64,000 bases of DNA from Candidatus Kaiserbacteria bacterium (GCA_031430855.1 JANPCG010000012.1:496-64495), one strand, 5' to 3'; positions 48,460 through 58,280 are shown, counted from the stretch's first letter. Numbers and translations: made by a program. Notes: generated by a model from the letters alone, not told the origin.

Positions 48460-48527
48460 GATGAGGGGCTCGAACCCCCGACCTTTTCAGTGTAAATGAA
48501 CTGCTCTACCAACTGAGCTAATCGCGC
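48455..48527 (-). tRNA. tRNA-Val (anticodon UAC)
   Basis: Reverse complement GCGCGATTAGCTCAGTTGGTAGAGCAGTTCATTTACACTGAAAAGGTCGGGGGTTCGAGCCCCTCATCGCGCA. Confidence 0.85.
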
Positions 48528-48624
48528 AAAAGCCCATGCCAACAATTTGCTGGTAGCCACCATAGTACGCGGTTTTCAGAATATTTCAATATCCCCCCGA
48601 GGGAGGTATACTACGACGACATTT

Positions 48625-48897
48625 ATGACCGAACTTTATGCGATTGTGACAGGGATAGTACAAGGGGTTCGTTTTCGTGATTTTGTGCAAGTGTCTGCTA
48701 CAACGCTTGGGTTAACGGGCTTTGTGCGAAACAATACCGATGGTACGGTCACCGTTGTGGCTCATGGTCTGCCTGATGAATTAAAGTCGTTTGTGGAATA
48801 TCTTCATGAGGGTTCGCTGCAGGCTAAGGTGGAGGGTGTGTCGGTAGAGTGGCGAACTGCCCGTGCAACGTACGATGATTTTTCAGTGTTACAGTAA
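48625..48897 (+). CDS. acyP: Acylphosphatase
   Basis: VTGIVQGVRFRDFV..GLTGFVRNNTDGTV signature; GGAGG Shine-Dalgarno upstream. Confidence 0.75.
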   Translation: MTELYAIVTGIVQGVRFRDFVQVSATTLGLTGFVRNNTDGTVTVVAHGLPDELKSFVEYLHEGSLQAKVEGVSVEWRTARATYDDFSVLQ

Positions 48898-48970
48898 CAT
48901 AAGCAAAAGCACATATTGCCAAATTGGCTTTTGATTGTTACTTTGTGACAACTAACTACATAAAAAATCC

Positions 48971-49666
48971 ATGCCTGACACAAATCAAAAAACCCCAGCA
49001 CTCGATTGCGTGGGATTTATCATGGATGGAAATAGACGCTGGGCAAAAGAACGTGGACTGCCAACTATGGAGGGTCATAAGCAAGGAGAAGATACGTTTT
49101 ACCAGTCCGCGCGCTGGATTAAAGAAATGGGAATACCACACGCGGTTTTTTACGCTTTTTCTACTGAAAATTGGCTTCGAGACAAAGCCGAAGTCGATTA
49201 TTTGATGGAGCTCTTTGTTTCGTTTATAAAAAAAATGAAAGCTGAGATTCACACTGATAAAGTCAGGATAAAAGTTATTGGTGAGCGGACAAAATTTAGT
49301 CAAGAATTACAAGATCTCATTAAAGAATCCGAAGAGATGAGTGCTGAGTACACGGACACTACTATCTGGGTAGCGCTTTCATATGGAGGTCGAACTGAAA
49401 TCCTTTCAGCCTGTAATCAGGCCATTAAGGCAGGGGTACCCATTGATGAGAAGACGTTTGCTTCACTTCTTTATACTGCCGGGATGCCTGACCCTGACCT
49501 CATTATTCGTACCGGGGGAGACCTGCGCACGTCTAATTTTTTACCGTGGCAAGCAGTCTATAGTGAACTCTATTTCACCGATACCTATTGGCCGGCATTT
49601 ACGAAAGACGAATTTACGCGTATTGTAGCGCAATATGGAGAAAGACAACGAAGGCGTGGAAAATAA
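48971..49666 (+). CDS. uppS: Undecaprenyl-diphosphate synthase
   Basis: GFIMDGNRRWAKERG and FSTENW motifs. Confidence 0.85.
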   Translation: MPDTNQKTPALDCVGFIMDGNRRWAKERGLPTMEGHKQGEDTFYQSARWIKEMGIPHAVFYAFSTENWLRDKAEVDYLMELFVSFIKKMKAEIHTDKVRIKVIGERTKFSQELQDLIKESEEMSAEYTDTTIWVALSYGGRTEILSACNQAIKAGVPIDEKTFASLLYTAGMPDPDLIIRTGGDLRTSNFLPWQAVYSELYFTDTYWPAFTKDEFTRIVAQYGERQRRRGK

Positions 49667-49670
49667 AATG

Positions 49671-50411
49671 GCAGAGCCAGTTGTCCTGTTTGAGGACTCG
49701 GGTATTATGGTGGTGAGTAAACCATACGGCATGCTCGTGCATGAAGATTGGGGGTCGGGCAGTGAAGGGACCCTGGTTGATTGGTTTCTAAAACAAGTGC
49801 CGACAGCGAAAGGGGTAGGAGAACAGACGGTAACAACAACAGGCAAAGTACTTGAACGTTCAGGGGTGGTACATCGTCTGGATCGAGAGACTTCTGGAGT
49901 CATGGTATTGTCTAAAACCGCAGAAGCCCATGCTCACCTAAAAGCACAATTTCATGATCGGTTGGCAAAAAAAGAATATCGGGCATTTGTGTATGGTCGC
50001 ATGCATGAGCGGTGGGGGACTATAGATCGACCAATTGGTCGGAGCAACAAAGACTTCAAACTCCGTTCTGCCCAAAGGGGGGCTAAAGGAACTCTCAGAC
50101 CCGCGGTCACTGATTGGGAACGGATTGTATCCGGAGAGTATGAGGGTGAAATATTCTCGTACCTTAAACTAATTCCCAAAACTGGACGTACCCACCAGTT
50201 ACGGGTGCATCTTAAGGCTAACGACCGCCCAATCGTACAAGATGTACTCTATTCGGGTAAAAAACGCGAACAATCAAATAACCTCGGGTTGACGCGGTTA
50301 GCACTTCACGCCCATATCCTCGAGATTGCCCTCCCAACTGGACAAATTGAACGGTTTATAGCACCGGTACCGCATGAATTTGAGCTGGCAGCCGAACGTA
50401 TTGCAGAATAG
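49671..50411 (+). CDS. RluA-family pseudouridine synthase
   Basis: HRLDRETSGVMVL catalytic motif. Confidence 0.8.
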   Translation, partial: AEPVVLFEDSGIMVVSKPYGMLVHEDWGSGSEGTLVDWFLKQVPTAKGVGEQTVTTTGKVLERSGVVHRLDRETSGVMVLSKTAEAHAHLKAQFHDRLAKKEYRAFVYGRMHERWGTIDRPIGRSNKDFKLRSAQRGAKGTLRPAVTDWERIVSGEYEGEIFSYLKLIPKTGRTHQLRVHLKANDRPIVQDVLYSGKKREQSNNLGLTRLALHAHILEIALPTGQIERFIAPVPHEFELAAERIAE

Positions 50412-50467
50412 GGGTCGCTGTGGTAGATTATGGCACGTTTTAGACGGACACATTACTTTAAATTATT

Positions 50468-51100
50468 ATGACAACAACACTCGCGGGGGTAATTACCTCA
50501 CCAGTTCAGATGGAAGATCGTAAGTCGCTTGGCATCAAAGCTGGTGATACGGTTAAGGTACACCAAAAAATCGTCGATAAGGGTAAGACCCGTATCCAGA
50601 TTTTTGAAGGACTCGTATTGGCTCGAAAGCATGGTGACGAACCAGGAGCCACCTTTACTGTACGAAAAGTATCAAGTGGTATTGGTGTTGAGAAAATCTA
50701 CCCCCTCTATTCTCCTTTGATTGAGCAAATTGAAATTGTAAAGCGAGCCAAAGTTCGTCGTGCTAAGCTGTACTACATTCGTGAGAAAGTGGCTCGTGAG
50801 ATTAAGCGTCAAATGCGACGTATGTCACTCGTTTCTATGTCAACTGAATCCGAGACTGACGCAACTGCTCGAATTGACGCTGAGGCCAAAGTAGTAGCAG
50901 AAGCAGCCGCTCTAGCCGAAGCCGAAGCGGTAAAGGCAGCCACTCCAGAAGTAGAAGAAGTGGTAATTGAAGTTGTTCCGGAAGTTGAAGTAATTCCAGA
51001 GGCAGAGGTTGCAGAGGCAGCTACTCCTGAAGTAGCCGAAGTCGAATTTGCTCCAGAAGCACCTGCAGTTGAAACACCAACGGAAGAAAAGAAAGACTAA
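50468..51100 (+). CDS. rplS: 50S ribosomal protein L19 with about 95-aa Ala/Glu/Val/Pro-rich C-terminal extension
   Basis: L19 core (KAGDTVKV..IQIFEGLV..FTVRKVS..KLYYIRE) plus a low-complexity tail. Confidence 0.8.
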   Translation: MTTTLAGVITSPVQMEDRKSLGIKAGDTVKVHQKIVDKGKTRIQIFEGLVLARKHGDEPGATFTVRKVSSGIGVEKIYPLYSPLIEQIEIVKRAKVRRAKLYYIREKVAREIKRQMRRMSLVSMSTESETDATARIDAEAKVVAEAAALAEAEAVKAATPEVEEVVIEVVPEVEVIPEAEVAEAATPEVAEVEFAPEAPAVETPTEEKKD

Positions 51101-51112
51101 TGATTCAATAAG

Positions 51113-51141
51113 AAAAACCCCGACCTCGGTCGGGGTTTTTC
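51113..51141. terminator. Bidirectional terminator
   Basis: aaaaaccccgacc-tcg-gtcggggttttt. Confidence 0.75.
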
Positions 51142-51873
51142 TTATTCAACATCTTTGGCAGATCCAGTAAGTTTTTTACGAAGCATTGCTCCAATAATAC
51201 CAACCGTAAGACCAAAGAATACGAGTGCCGTAAACCGGGCCAGTATCATCACAATCGTACCACCAGTAGTAAGAGGATTTGGATACGTTCGGTCACCAAT
51301 AATGACTTGAAATACCCAGTACATTCCATGGAGGATAGTTGGTGCATCCCCATGTTCTTCCGTTAAATAAAATAGTGTACCAATAGTCACTATTGCAATG
51401 GTAAGTACAACAATATAAATTTCAAAATTTAACCCCAGTACAGCCTGGCTGCCGGCCTTTTTATCTGAAAAACGAGCTACCTTAATGAGTCGTAGGGTTC
51501 GTAACATTCGAACCACTCGAATGGCACGAGCAACCTTCAGGAAGGTGAGGTTTGTTAAACCCAGATACGTAGGCACAATAGCCAAAAAATCAATCATTCC
51601 ATAGAAGCTAAAAATGTACCCAACGCGATTTTTAGCGTAGTAAATACGTCCTAAGTACTCTGCTGTAAATATCCCTACGGTAATGTACTCAACGAGTCGT
51701 AGCCAGATTAACCAATCAGTAAGTTCAGGAACTGTTTCGAGAATAATTGCACATACCGATATTACGGTAACAAAGCCGAGACTATAGTTGAGCGGCAAGA
51801 AATAGCGGTGGCGAGGATTTTCTAGAGCTCGGTATAGATTATAAGTAAATGATTTTTGGTGAGACATATACAA
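51142..51873 (-). CDS. Voltage-gated ion channel-family protein (6-TM)
   Basis: S4-like RAIRVVRMLRTLRLIK, with Arg at every third position; pore region is not canonical K+ or Na+. Confidence 0.55.
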   Translation of the reverse strand: MYMSHQKSFTYNLYRALENPRHRYFLPLNYSLGFVTVISVCAIILETVPELTDWLIWLRLVEYITVGIFTAEYLGRIYYAKNRVGYIFSFYGMIDFLAIVPTYLGLTNLTFLKVARAIRVVRMLRTLRLIKVARFSDKKAGSQAVLGLNFEIYIVVLTIAIVTIGTLFYLTEEHGDAPTILHGMYWVFQVIIGDRTYPNPLTTGGTIVMILARFTALVFFGLTVGIIGAMLRKKLTGSAKDVE

Positions 51874-51930
51874 AAAAGTATATCATTTTGTCTAGGTAGA
51901 ATTTACCTAGTATTCCTATATGATAAAGCT

Positions 51931-52770
51931 ATGACTATTGAAGAGAAATTTCACACGCTCATTTCGTTGGTTGAAACTGAAGGCTTAAAAGCCCGGGCCT
52001 ACTTTGACGATAATCAAAACGCCAACGAACAAAAAGCTGACGGTTCAGTGGTGACGCAGATTGATACAGATATTGAAGATGCCATTGTTGGATTTGTACG
52101 GACATATTTTCCTGAAGATACGATTATAGGAGAAGAGAGTGCTGGATATATCGGTACAAGTGATTTTGTGTGGCATATTGATCCAGTCGATGGGACCGAT
52201 AACTTTCTGCGTCGGATTCCGTTTTGCGCTATTTCCGTCGCTCGTCTTGGGAGTACGACTGAAGATTCATTTGGGATTGTCCATAACCCAATTACCAACC
52301 AAACCTTCGCAGCCTTGATGGATAATGGTGTTTATGAAAGAGAACATGTCCATGTGCTAACCAACGAATTGCTTGGTGGGAGAGCTGTATTTTCAATTAG
52401 TAGAGGAAGGGACGACTGGATGAAATCAGCTGCCTTTAATCTATTTAAAGTTATCGGTACCAGCTTAGGTAAATGCAGTATATTTAATTGTACAGCGTTA
52501 GAATTAGCTTATATTGCAGCTAATCGGATTGATGGACAACTAATATTTGGTTTACATTCCTACGATTACGCTGCTGGACTATTCCTAGTTAAAGCTGCTG
52601 GTGGACAAATTAGCGTCTTCCGTAATGGAGTCTGGTCATCCTGGACTGGTAGTCTTAAAGAACTCTGTGCTGTCCACGGCGAAATCATGTTCATTTCCCA
52701 TAGTGGGATTCACGACGATGCTCTGAAACTTATTGGTGATCCGAGAACTTGGTCAGACGAATCAGCTTGA
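51931..52770 (+). CDS. Inositol monophosphatase family (SuhB/CysQ-like)
   Basis: DPVDGTDNF and GEES motifs. Confidence 0.75.
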   Translation: MTIEEKFHTLISLVETEGLKARAYFDDNQNANEQKADGSVVTQIDTDIEDAIVGFVRTYFPEDTIIGEESAGYIGTSDFVWHIDPVDGTDNFLRRIPFCAISVARLGSTTEDSFGIVHNPITNQTFAALMDNGVYEREHVHVLTNELLGGRAVFSISRGRDDWMKSAAFNLFKVIGTSLGKCSIFNCTALELAYIAANRIDGQLIFGLHSYDYAAGLFLVKAAGGQISVFRNGVWSSWTGSLKELCAVHGEIMFISHSGIHDDALKLIGDPRTWSDESA

Positions 52771-52826
52771 AGTATCGAGCCGTTTAGGGCATAATGGCGC
52801 CACCTCAAAAGAACGAACGGATAGAT

Positions 52827-52908
52827 GCCCAGGTGGGGAAATTGGTAGACCCACTACCTTGAGGTGGTAGCGCTTTCGGGCATGCTGGTTCAAGTCCAGT
52901 CCTGGGCA
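52827..52908 (+). tRNA. tRNA-Leu (anticodon GAG)
   Basis: GCCCAGG..CCTGGGCA acceptor, anticodon loop TTGAGGT, long variable arm. Confidence 0.75.
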
Positions 52909-52916
52909 CACGAGCG

Positions 52917-52960
52917 AAAATTAAAATCACTAGTCTTTTAAAAGACTAGTGATTTTAATT
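52917..52960 (+). terminator. Long hairpin after tRNA-Leu
   Basis: ttaaaatcactagtctttt-aa-aagactagtgattttaa; a second hairpin follows at 52962-52985. Confidence 0.65.
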
Positions 52961-53274
52961 TAGTACCTGCCTTGCGGCAGGTACGGCGCTTGTGTGAACC
53001 GCAGCGATGTTTCTTTTTCACCCAGAAAAAGAAACCGCGAGGTGGGGTCGAGAACACTTGGTAGATTAGGAGCAAAGCGAACTAATATACCTAGTGATTC
53101 GTGACCAAGAAATAAATCTATCACAGAAACTTGACCCAAAGCGAAAAATTAAAGTTAGTAACTCGTGACCAATAGAAACATATTTCCATCCCAAACAATC
53201 CCCAAGTAAATGTAAAGCTAACTTGACATTAGCCACTGCTCATATATTCTAGGTTTATAACCTAATTATTTTAT

Positions 53275-53934
53275 ATGAAAAATTCGCAAGGCTTTGGAGT
53301 ATTAGCAGTAGTAGGAATTATTGCTGTTGTCGCACTGATTGGAGGCTTCGTTTTTGTGACCGGTCAAAATAGTGATAAAGCGGCCATGGAAGCTAAAGTG
53401 ATGGAGGATAAAATGAAAATGGAAGAAGGGGCAATGATGGAGAAAAAAGCGATGGAAGAAAAAGCTATGACTGATAAAGAAATGGGAGTTGGACAAGAAG
53501 GAGACAAGATGGAAACAGAAGCAGATACAATGATGAAAAAAGATGATGCTATGAAAGCAGACGACAGTAATATGAAGAAAGATGAAGCAGGGACAATGAT
53601 GAAAAAGGATGATAGTGCCATGATGGAAAAAACAGGAACGTATGCAACGTATAGTGCCAATACCTTAGCAATAGCCCAAAAAGGAAGAGTAGTATTATTT
53701 TTCCACGCTGGCTGGTGTCCAACCTGCCGATCAGCTGATTCTGATATTACTGCAGGAGCAGCTACCATTCCAGCTGGCGTAACTATTCTCAAGACAGACT
53801 ATGACAAAGAAATTGCTCTCAAAAAGAAATACGGCGTAACGACACAGCACACGTTTGTTGAAGTTGATGCAAATGGTACCTTGATTCAAAAGTGGTCAGG
53901 GGGAAATTTAGCAGGCATTATTGCTAAGTTATAA
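53275..53934 (+). CDS. Membrane-anchored thioredoxin-like protein with Met/Lys/Asp-rich linker
   Basis: N-terminal TM, MxxM-rich low-complexity region, Trx fold with WCPTC. Confidence 0.6.
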   Translation: MKNSQGFGVLAVVGIIAVVALIGGFVFVTGQNSDKAAMEAKVMEDKMKMEEGAMMEKKAMEEKAMTDKEMGVGQEGDKMETEADTMMKKDDAMKADDSNMKKDEAGTMMKKDDSAMMEKTGTYATYSANTLAIAQKGRVVLFFHAGWCPTCRSADSDITAGAATIPAGVTILKTDYDKEIALKKKYGVTTQHTFVEVDANGTLIQKWSGGNLAGIIAKL

Positions 53935-53943
53935 TCTATCGAG

Positions 53944-54669
53944 ATGACATTCTTTGTAATCTCATTTTTGGCAGGAATGCTTACAGTCTTGGCTCCGTGC
54001 ATTTTGCCGTTGCTGCCGGTCGTGATTGGGGCTGGTGCTACTGGCCGAAGTAAAGTAACGCCGTACATTGTGATAGCTAGTTTAGGAGCATCAATAATTA
54101 TCTTTACTTTTCTACTTAAAGTTAGTACCGCCTTTATTACCATTCCACCCAGTTTTTGGACGTATCTCTCCGGCGGAATCCTTGTTGGTTTTGGACTGAT
54201 TCTTTTGTTTCCTTCTCTGTGGGAGAGGCTGCCCGGAATGGCTAAACTATCAGGCCGGTCAAACAAATTAGTTGGCGCCGGGTATCAAAAAAAGACGATT
54301 TGGGGCGACATGATTATTGGGGCCGCTCTTGGTCCGGTATTCTCGACGTGTAGTCCAACGTACTTTGTTATTCTCGCCACCGTACTGCCGGCGAGTTTCT
54401 TGCTCGGGACGGTATATTTACTAGCCTACATTTTTGGTTTGTCGCTCGTATTGCTCCTAATTTCACTCCTTGGACAAAAATTTGCTGATAGACTGACGAA
54501 ATTTTCGGACTCTCGTGGGGGTGTGAAAATTGTCATGGGTATTTTATTTGTGATTTTAGGTTTTCTGATAATGGCAGGCTTGGACAAAAAAATTGAAATA
54601 TACATCCTGGATAGTGGCTACTTCGATGTGACTAAAATTGAACAAAAATTACTTGAAACAACACAATGA
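53944..54669 (+). CDS. ccdA: CcdA/DsbD-family thiol-disulfide transporter
   Basis: LAPCILPLLP TM1 Cys motif; 6-TM. Confidence 0.7.
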   Translation: MTFFVISFLAGMLTVLAPCILPLLPVVIGAGATGRSKVTPYIVIASLGASIIIFTFLLKVSTAFITIPPSFWTYLSGGILVGFGLILLFPSLWERLPGMAKLSGRSNKLVGAGYQKKTIWGDMIIGAALGPVFSTCSPTYFVILATVLPASFLLGTVYLLAYIFGLSLVLLLISLLGQKFADRLTKFSDSRGGVKIVMGILFVILGFLIMAGLDKKIEIYILDSGYFDVTKIEQKLLETTQ

Positions 54670-55445
54670 AAATTGTCCTTATGTTAATTGGGGTACTATT
54701 AATTGGTTCGGGGATATATCTTTTTGTTGTCCAAATAAGTACTGCACCACAACCAAGTAAAGTAATTGATTTTTCATCAGCTCCTAAAATAGTAGCTGAT
54801 GAAATGTGTACCTCAACTGCTTGTATGAATAAGGCTGAACAAATTGCTCAAAATACCGCTATTAGCATGCCTGTAGAAGCAGAATCAGCTGAGTCAGAAA
54901 AACCCGTTGTAGCGAAAAATCCTATCACACAGGCAGTAGCTGAAACGATCAAAAAGGAAATTTCTAAACCACATGTGACACCGCCAAAAGAAAACAATAA
55001 ATATACCGAGTTTGTAAATCCGAGTGGTTTTGTGAATAGCGAACCATTCACGATGGCGGATTATGTCGGCAAAAAAGTTATTCTCGTTGAATTTATCACC
55101 TACACTTGTATTAATTGTCAGCGGACCTTTCCCTCTATGAAACAGTGGAATGAGACCTATGCTAAAGATGGTTTACTGGTCATAGGAATTCATACGCCAG
55201 AGTTTGCCTACGAACGTGACCGGGATAATGTTATTGCAGCTATGAAAAAAGAAGGAATAACATTCCCCATTGTGCAAGATAACGATTATGCCACCTGGAA
55301 TGCGTACAAAAACCGGTTTTGGCCACACCGGTATGTCATTGATTATGATGGCAATGTCGTCTTTGACCACATTGGAGAGGGGGCGTATGCTGAGACAGAA
55401 GCTGTTATTCAAAAGCTGTTGCAAAAGAAACCGGTAGAGGTATAA
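54666..55445 (+). CDS. Membrane-anchored redoxin/thioredoxin-like protein (CxxC = CINC)
   Basis: EFITYTCINCQ active-site region. Confidence 0.55.
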   Translation: MKIVLMLIGVLLIGSGIYLFVVQISTAPQPSKVIDFSSAPKIVADEMCTSTACMNKAEQIAQNTAISMPVEAESAESEKPVVAKNPITQAVAETIKKEISKPHVTPPKENNKYTEFVNPSGFVNSEPFTMADYVGKKVILVEFITYTCINCQRTFPSMKQWNETYAKDGLLVIGIHTPEFAYERDRDNVIAAMKKEGITFPIVQDNDYATWNAYKNRFWPHRYVIDYDGNVVFDHIGEGAYAETEAVIQKLLQKKPVEV

Positions 55446-55485
55446 GTAGCATAGATATCTGCTTGGATATTGTTGTATTAATGAG

Positions 55486-55695
55486 GTGGGGATTATATCG
55501 AATATGCTTAATAATTTAGTCCATACAAAACGAAAAGCGGTCGGTATCACTCAAGAAGATTTAGCGGTGGCAATCGGAGTTACTCGCCAAACTATTATTT
55601 CCATTGAAAAGGGCAACTACGTACCGTCAGTATTACTCGCACTAAAAATCGCAGACTTCTTCAAGGTTCCTGTTGAAGAGGTGTTTTATATATAA
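55486..55695 (+). CDS. XRE-family HTH transcriptional regulator
   Basis: ITQEDLAVAIGVTRQTIISIEKG Cro/C1-type HTH. Confidence 0.75.
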   Translation: MGIISNMLNNLVHTKRKAVGITQEDLAVAIGVTRQTIISIEKGNYVPSVLLALKIADFFKVPVEEVFYI

Positions 55696-56059
55696 TCGTA
55701 TTATGACAAAAGATATTCTGGTTCCCATTACTGTGATTGTGTCAGCGTTGGCATTTATTGATCCGTTTATGTATTTGATGCCGAGTGTAATGGTCTCAGT
55801 GGTGTTAGGGGTTTTAATGGTGTCGTCACTCGGATATGCTTTAATTGTTTTTAAAGAGGGAGCCCGAGATGAGCGAGAAGTGAGTTTGCGGGCGTTTGCA
55901 GACAGAATAACGTGCTTGGTTGGAACGACCGTTTTGGTAGGAGTAATTGTGTATCAAGTGCTGGTTATCCATCGGGTTGATACCTTTATCGTCGTAATTT
56001 TACTCGTGATGATTGTGACAAAGTTTCTGGCTCATTTATACGCTGACCGGCGATTATAA
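55673..56059 (+). CDS. Small 4-TM membrane protein paired with the XRE regulator
   Basis: Overlaps the XRE gene; start likely MTKDIL at 55703. Confidence 0.4.
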   Translation: MKRCFIYNRIMTKDILVPITVIVSALAFIDPFMYLMPSVMVSVVLGVLMVSSLGYALIVFKEGARDEREVSLRAFADRITCLVGTTVLVGVIVYQVLVIHRVDTFIVVILLVMIVTKFLAHLYADRRL

Positions 56060-56119
56060 GTAGATAACCTTGATGTATTTGCCGGATTTTAAAATCGGTA
56101 TTCTGTTATACTGTGCAGC

Positions 56120-56560
56120 ATGCAAACAAAAATCGTTCACTCATACGGTATCATCCCAATTCGGAAAACAGATACCGGATTAGAGATGCTCGTGATTCAT
56201 ATGTATGGGAGCGCTGGTGGTACCCATTGGACATTCCCCAAAGGTCGGCCGGAAGTAGGGGAGACACCGATTGTGAGCGCACTTCGTGAGTGTAAAGAAG
56301 AAGTTGGTATTACTCCCGCTACCGTATGGGAGGATGCCCCAATTGTTGAATCATATACATTCGTTCATGATGATACTCAGGTTGAAAAAACGGTCACCTT
56401 CTACATTGGTATGGTCGAAAACTCCGACATCACTATTCAGCCGGAAGAAATAAAAGAAGCCTTTTGGTTGCCGGTAGGGGAAGTGATGGAGAAGTTGACC
56501 CACGATAGTTCGAAGTCAATTTTCATCCAGGCAAAGACTCTAATGGCGAAGAGAATTTAA
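56120..56560 (+). CDS. NUDIX hydrolase
   Basis: Nudix box GRPEVGETPIVSALRECKEEVGI. Confidence 0.8.
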   Translation: MQTKIVHSYGIIPIRKTDTGLEMLVIHMYGSAGGTHWTFPKGRPEVGETPIVSALRECKEEVGITPATVWEDAPIVESYTFVHDDTQVEKTVTFYIGMVENSDITIQPEEIKEAFWLPVGEVMEKLTHDSSKSIFIQAKTLMAKRI

Positions 56561-57549
56561 CGTTTGATTGCTCGTACTGACGCAATGTACGCAATGCTGA
56601 TGCAAACGAGGCCAATGAGACCAGTGAGCGTTGTTGGTACTGGTATAATGACCCCTACGAGCATTGCGATTGCGAGACCAAGGATGGCCCACTGAGCACC
56701 TTGTTCGAGATAAATTAAGTGGGAAAGAGTTTTTTGAGCAACGAGAAATACGGTAAGGGATCGCACAAAAAGTGCGCCGACCCCAAGTCCAACCATGATA
56801 ATGAGGAGGTTCGTCGAAAGTGCAAAAGCACCAATGACGCCATCGAGTGAAAAAGCCGAGTCCAATACATTGAGGTAGACAAATAATGCTAAGCCGCCAC
56901 CGATGAGGCGATGTTTTTTGAGTGAGACTATATACGACACACCCTCCATCACTATAAATAGAAGTATTCCAATCAGTCCAGCACTGAGTATTTCAAGTTG
57001 CGGGTGATCGGTCGCTAATGAGACGCCTGTTAGTATCAAGACGGCGAGGGCAACCTCAATGACGCCAACCCGACACCAGTGTTCTAGATGACGTTCTGCG
57101 TTACTCACAAAGGGAATTGATTTACCTAGTCGGAAAAAATACGCGAGTGATACCATCAGTAAAAACATCCCCCCAAACGTTGTAATAGAGCCCTCGATAC
57201 TTGAAAGGAGGAGGCTGTAGGTCTCAGGGTCACTCAGGGCCAGATAGGTAATAGTAAAGGGAGATACTGCTGCGGCAATACTCACAATCAAAATAGGTAA
57301 CAAAAACCGCGTCCCAAAAACCGCAATCAAAATTCCCCAAGTGAGAAATCGCTTTTGCCAGAGTGGATCCATGCGCTCCAGAGTACGAGCGTTGACGACT
57401 GCATTATCAAATGAGAGAGTTACTTCTAAAATGCAGAGGGTGATTACTAGGAATAATCCTGTCAGGCCCGCTTCGTACCAAACGACCGCAAAACCTACAA
57501 CCGCAATGATGCTTGGCCACAAAAAAAGTGAATGGTGAGAGGGGGTCAT
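56557..57549 (-). CDS. TerC-family integral membrane protein
   Basis: Paired motifs LSFDNAVV and DSAFSLDGV. Confidence 0.5.
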   Translation of the reverse strand: MTPSHHSLFLWPSIIAVVGFAVVWYEAGLTGLFLVITLCILEVTLSFDNAVVNARTLERMDPLWQKRFLTWGILIAVFGTRFLLPILIVSIAAAVSPFTITYLALSDPETYSLLLSSIEGSITTFGGMFLLMVSLAYFFRLGKSIPFVSNAERHLEHWCRVGVIEVALAVLILTGVSLATDHPQLEILSAGLIGILLFIVMEGVSYIVSLKKHRLIGGGLALFVYLNVLDSAFSLDGVIGAFALSTNLLIIMVGLGVGALFVRSLTVFLVAQKTLSHLIYLEQGAQWAILGLAIAMLVGVIIPVPTTLTGLIGLVCISIAYIASVRAIKR

Positions 57550-57593
57550 GAGGGGTAGTACAACCCTGTAAGTATAACTTACTCAGAATCAGG

Positions 57594-58280
57594 TTACGTG
57601 TAGTGTGCTTCTCTCAGTTTATAGATACCAACCGCAAAAAATATTAATGCCACTACTGCTACTGACAAAAATCCTTCTTTGTTATCAACGGTCTTGATAT
57701 CAATGACATACGGAATCAAAAAGGTAGTGACGAGCATTCCAAGACTCACAATAAATTTAACCCGTACCGACGAGAGAAATACGCGCCAGGGATTACCACC
57801 TTCAGTAATCTGCGCCACTTCGTAATTAGCCCGAAAGGCGGGGAACCAGGTTGTAAACAGACTATCTGAAACGGTGGTATTAGGTGCTATAGAGGTTCCA
57901 AGAATTTTTTTCTGGTAGGTACGCGCCATAATAATATTAACTGCCCCGGCCGCGCACCAGCCAAAGAAAATAGTAGCAATCGTACCAACAAATACTAATG
58001 GTCCTCCGGCCTGAGAAAGGATGGTAAGAATAAGGATAATCGTAGACCCCGGGAAGAAGTTACCAAAGAAGTAGAGTCCCTCGAGGAAAATTGCTAAAAA
58101 GGCAGCAATGTAAATGTATATCCCATCTGCGTTTTCGAGAAAACCGACAAGCTCCTCTACGCCGGGGATTCCAACATCAAGTATTCCTAAGAGGCCGTAG
58201 GTCGAGAGGGCACAGCCAGAAACTATCCATACCAAGGCTCCGTAATATCGTGATGTGTGTGGGGTTACTGTGGTATTCAT
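57594..58280 (-). CDS. DedA/VTT-family membrane protein
   Basis: FLEGLYFFGNFFPGSTIIL motif. Confidence 0.6.
   Translation of the reverse strand: MNTTVTPHTSRYYGALVWIVSGCALSTYGLLGILDVGIPGVEELVGFLENADGIYIYIAAFLAIFLEGLYFFGNFFPGSTIILILTILSQAGGPLVFVGTIATIFFGWCAAGAVNIIMARTYQKKILGTSIAPNTTVSDSLFTTWFPAFRANYEVAQITEGGNPWRVFLSSVRVKFIVSLGMLVTTFLIPYVIDIKTVDNKEGFLSVAVVALIFFAVGIYKLREAHYT

Noticed and set aside
53364-53792. 142-aa minus-strand ORF
   Set aside because: Antisense low-complexity reading of the Met-rich thioredoxin gene.
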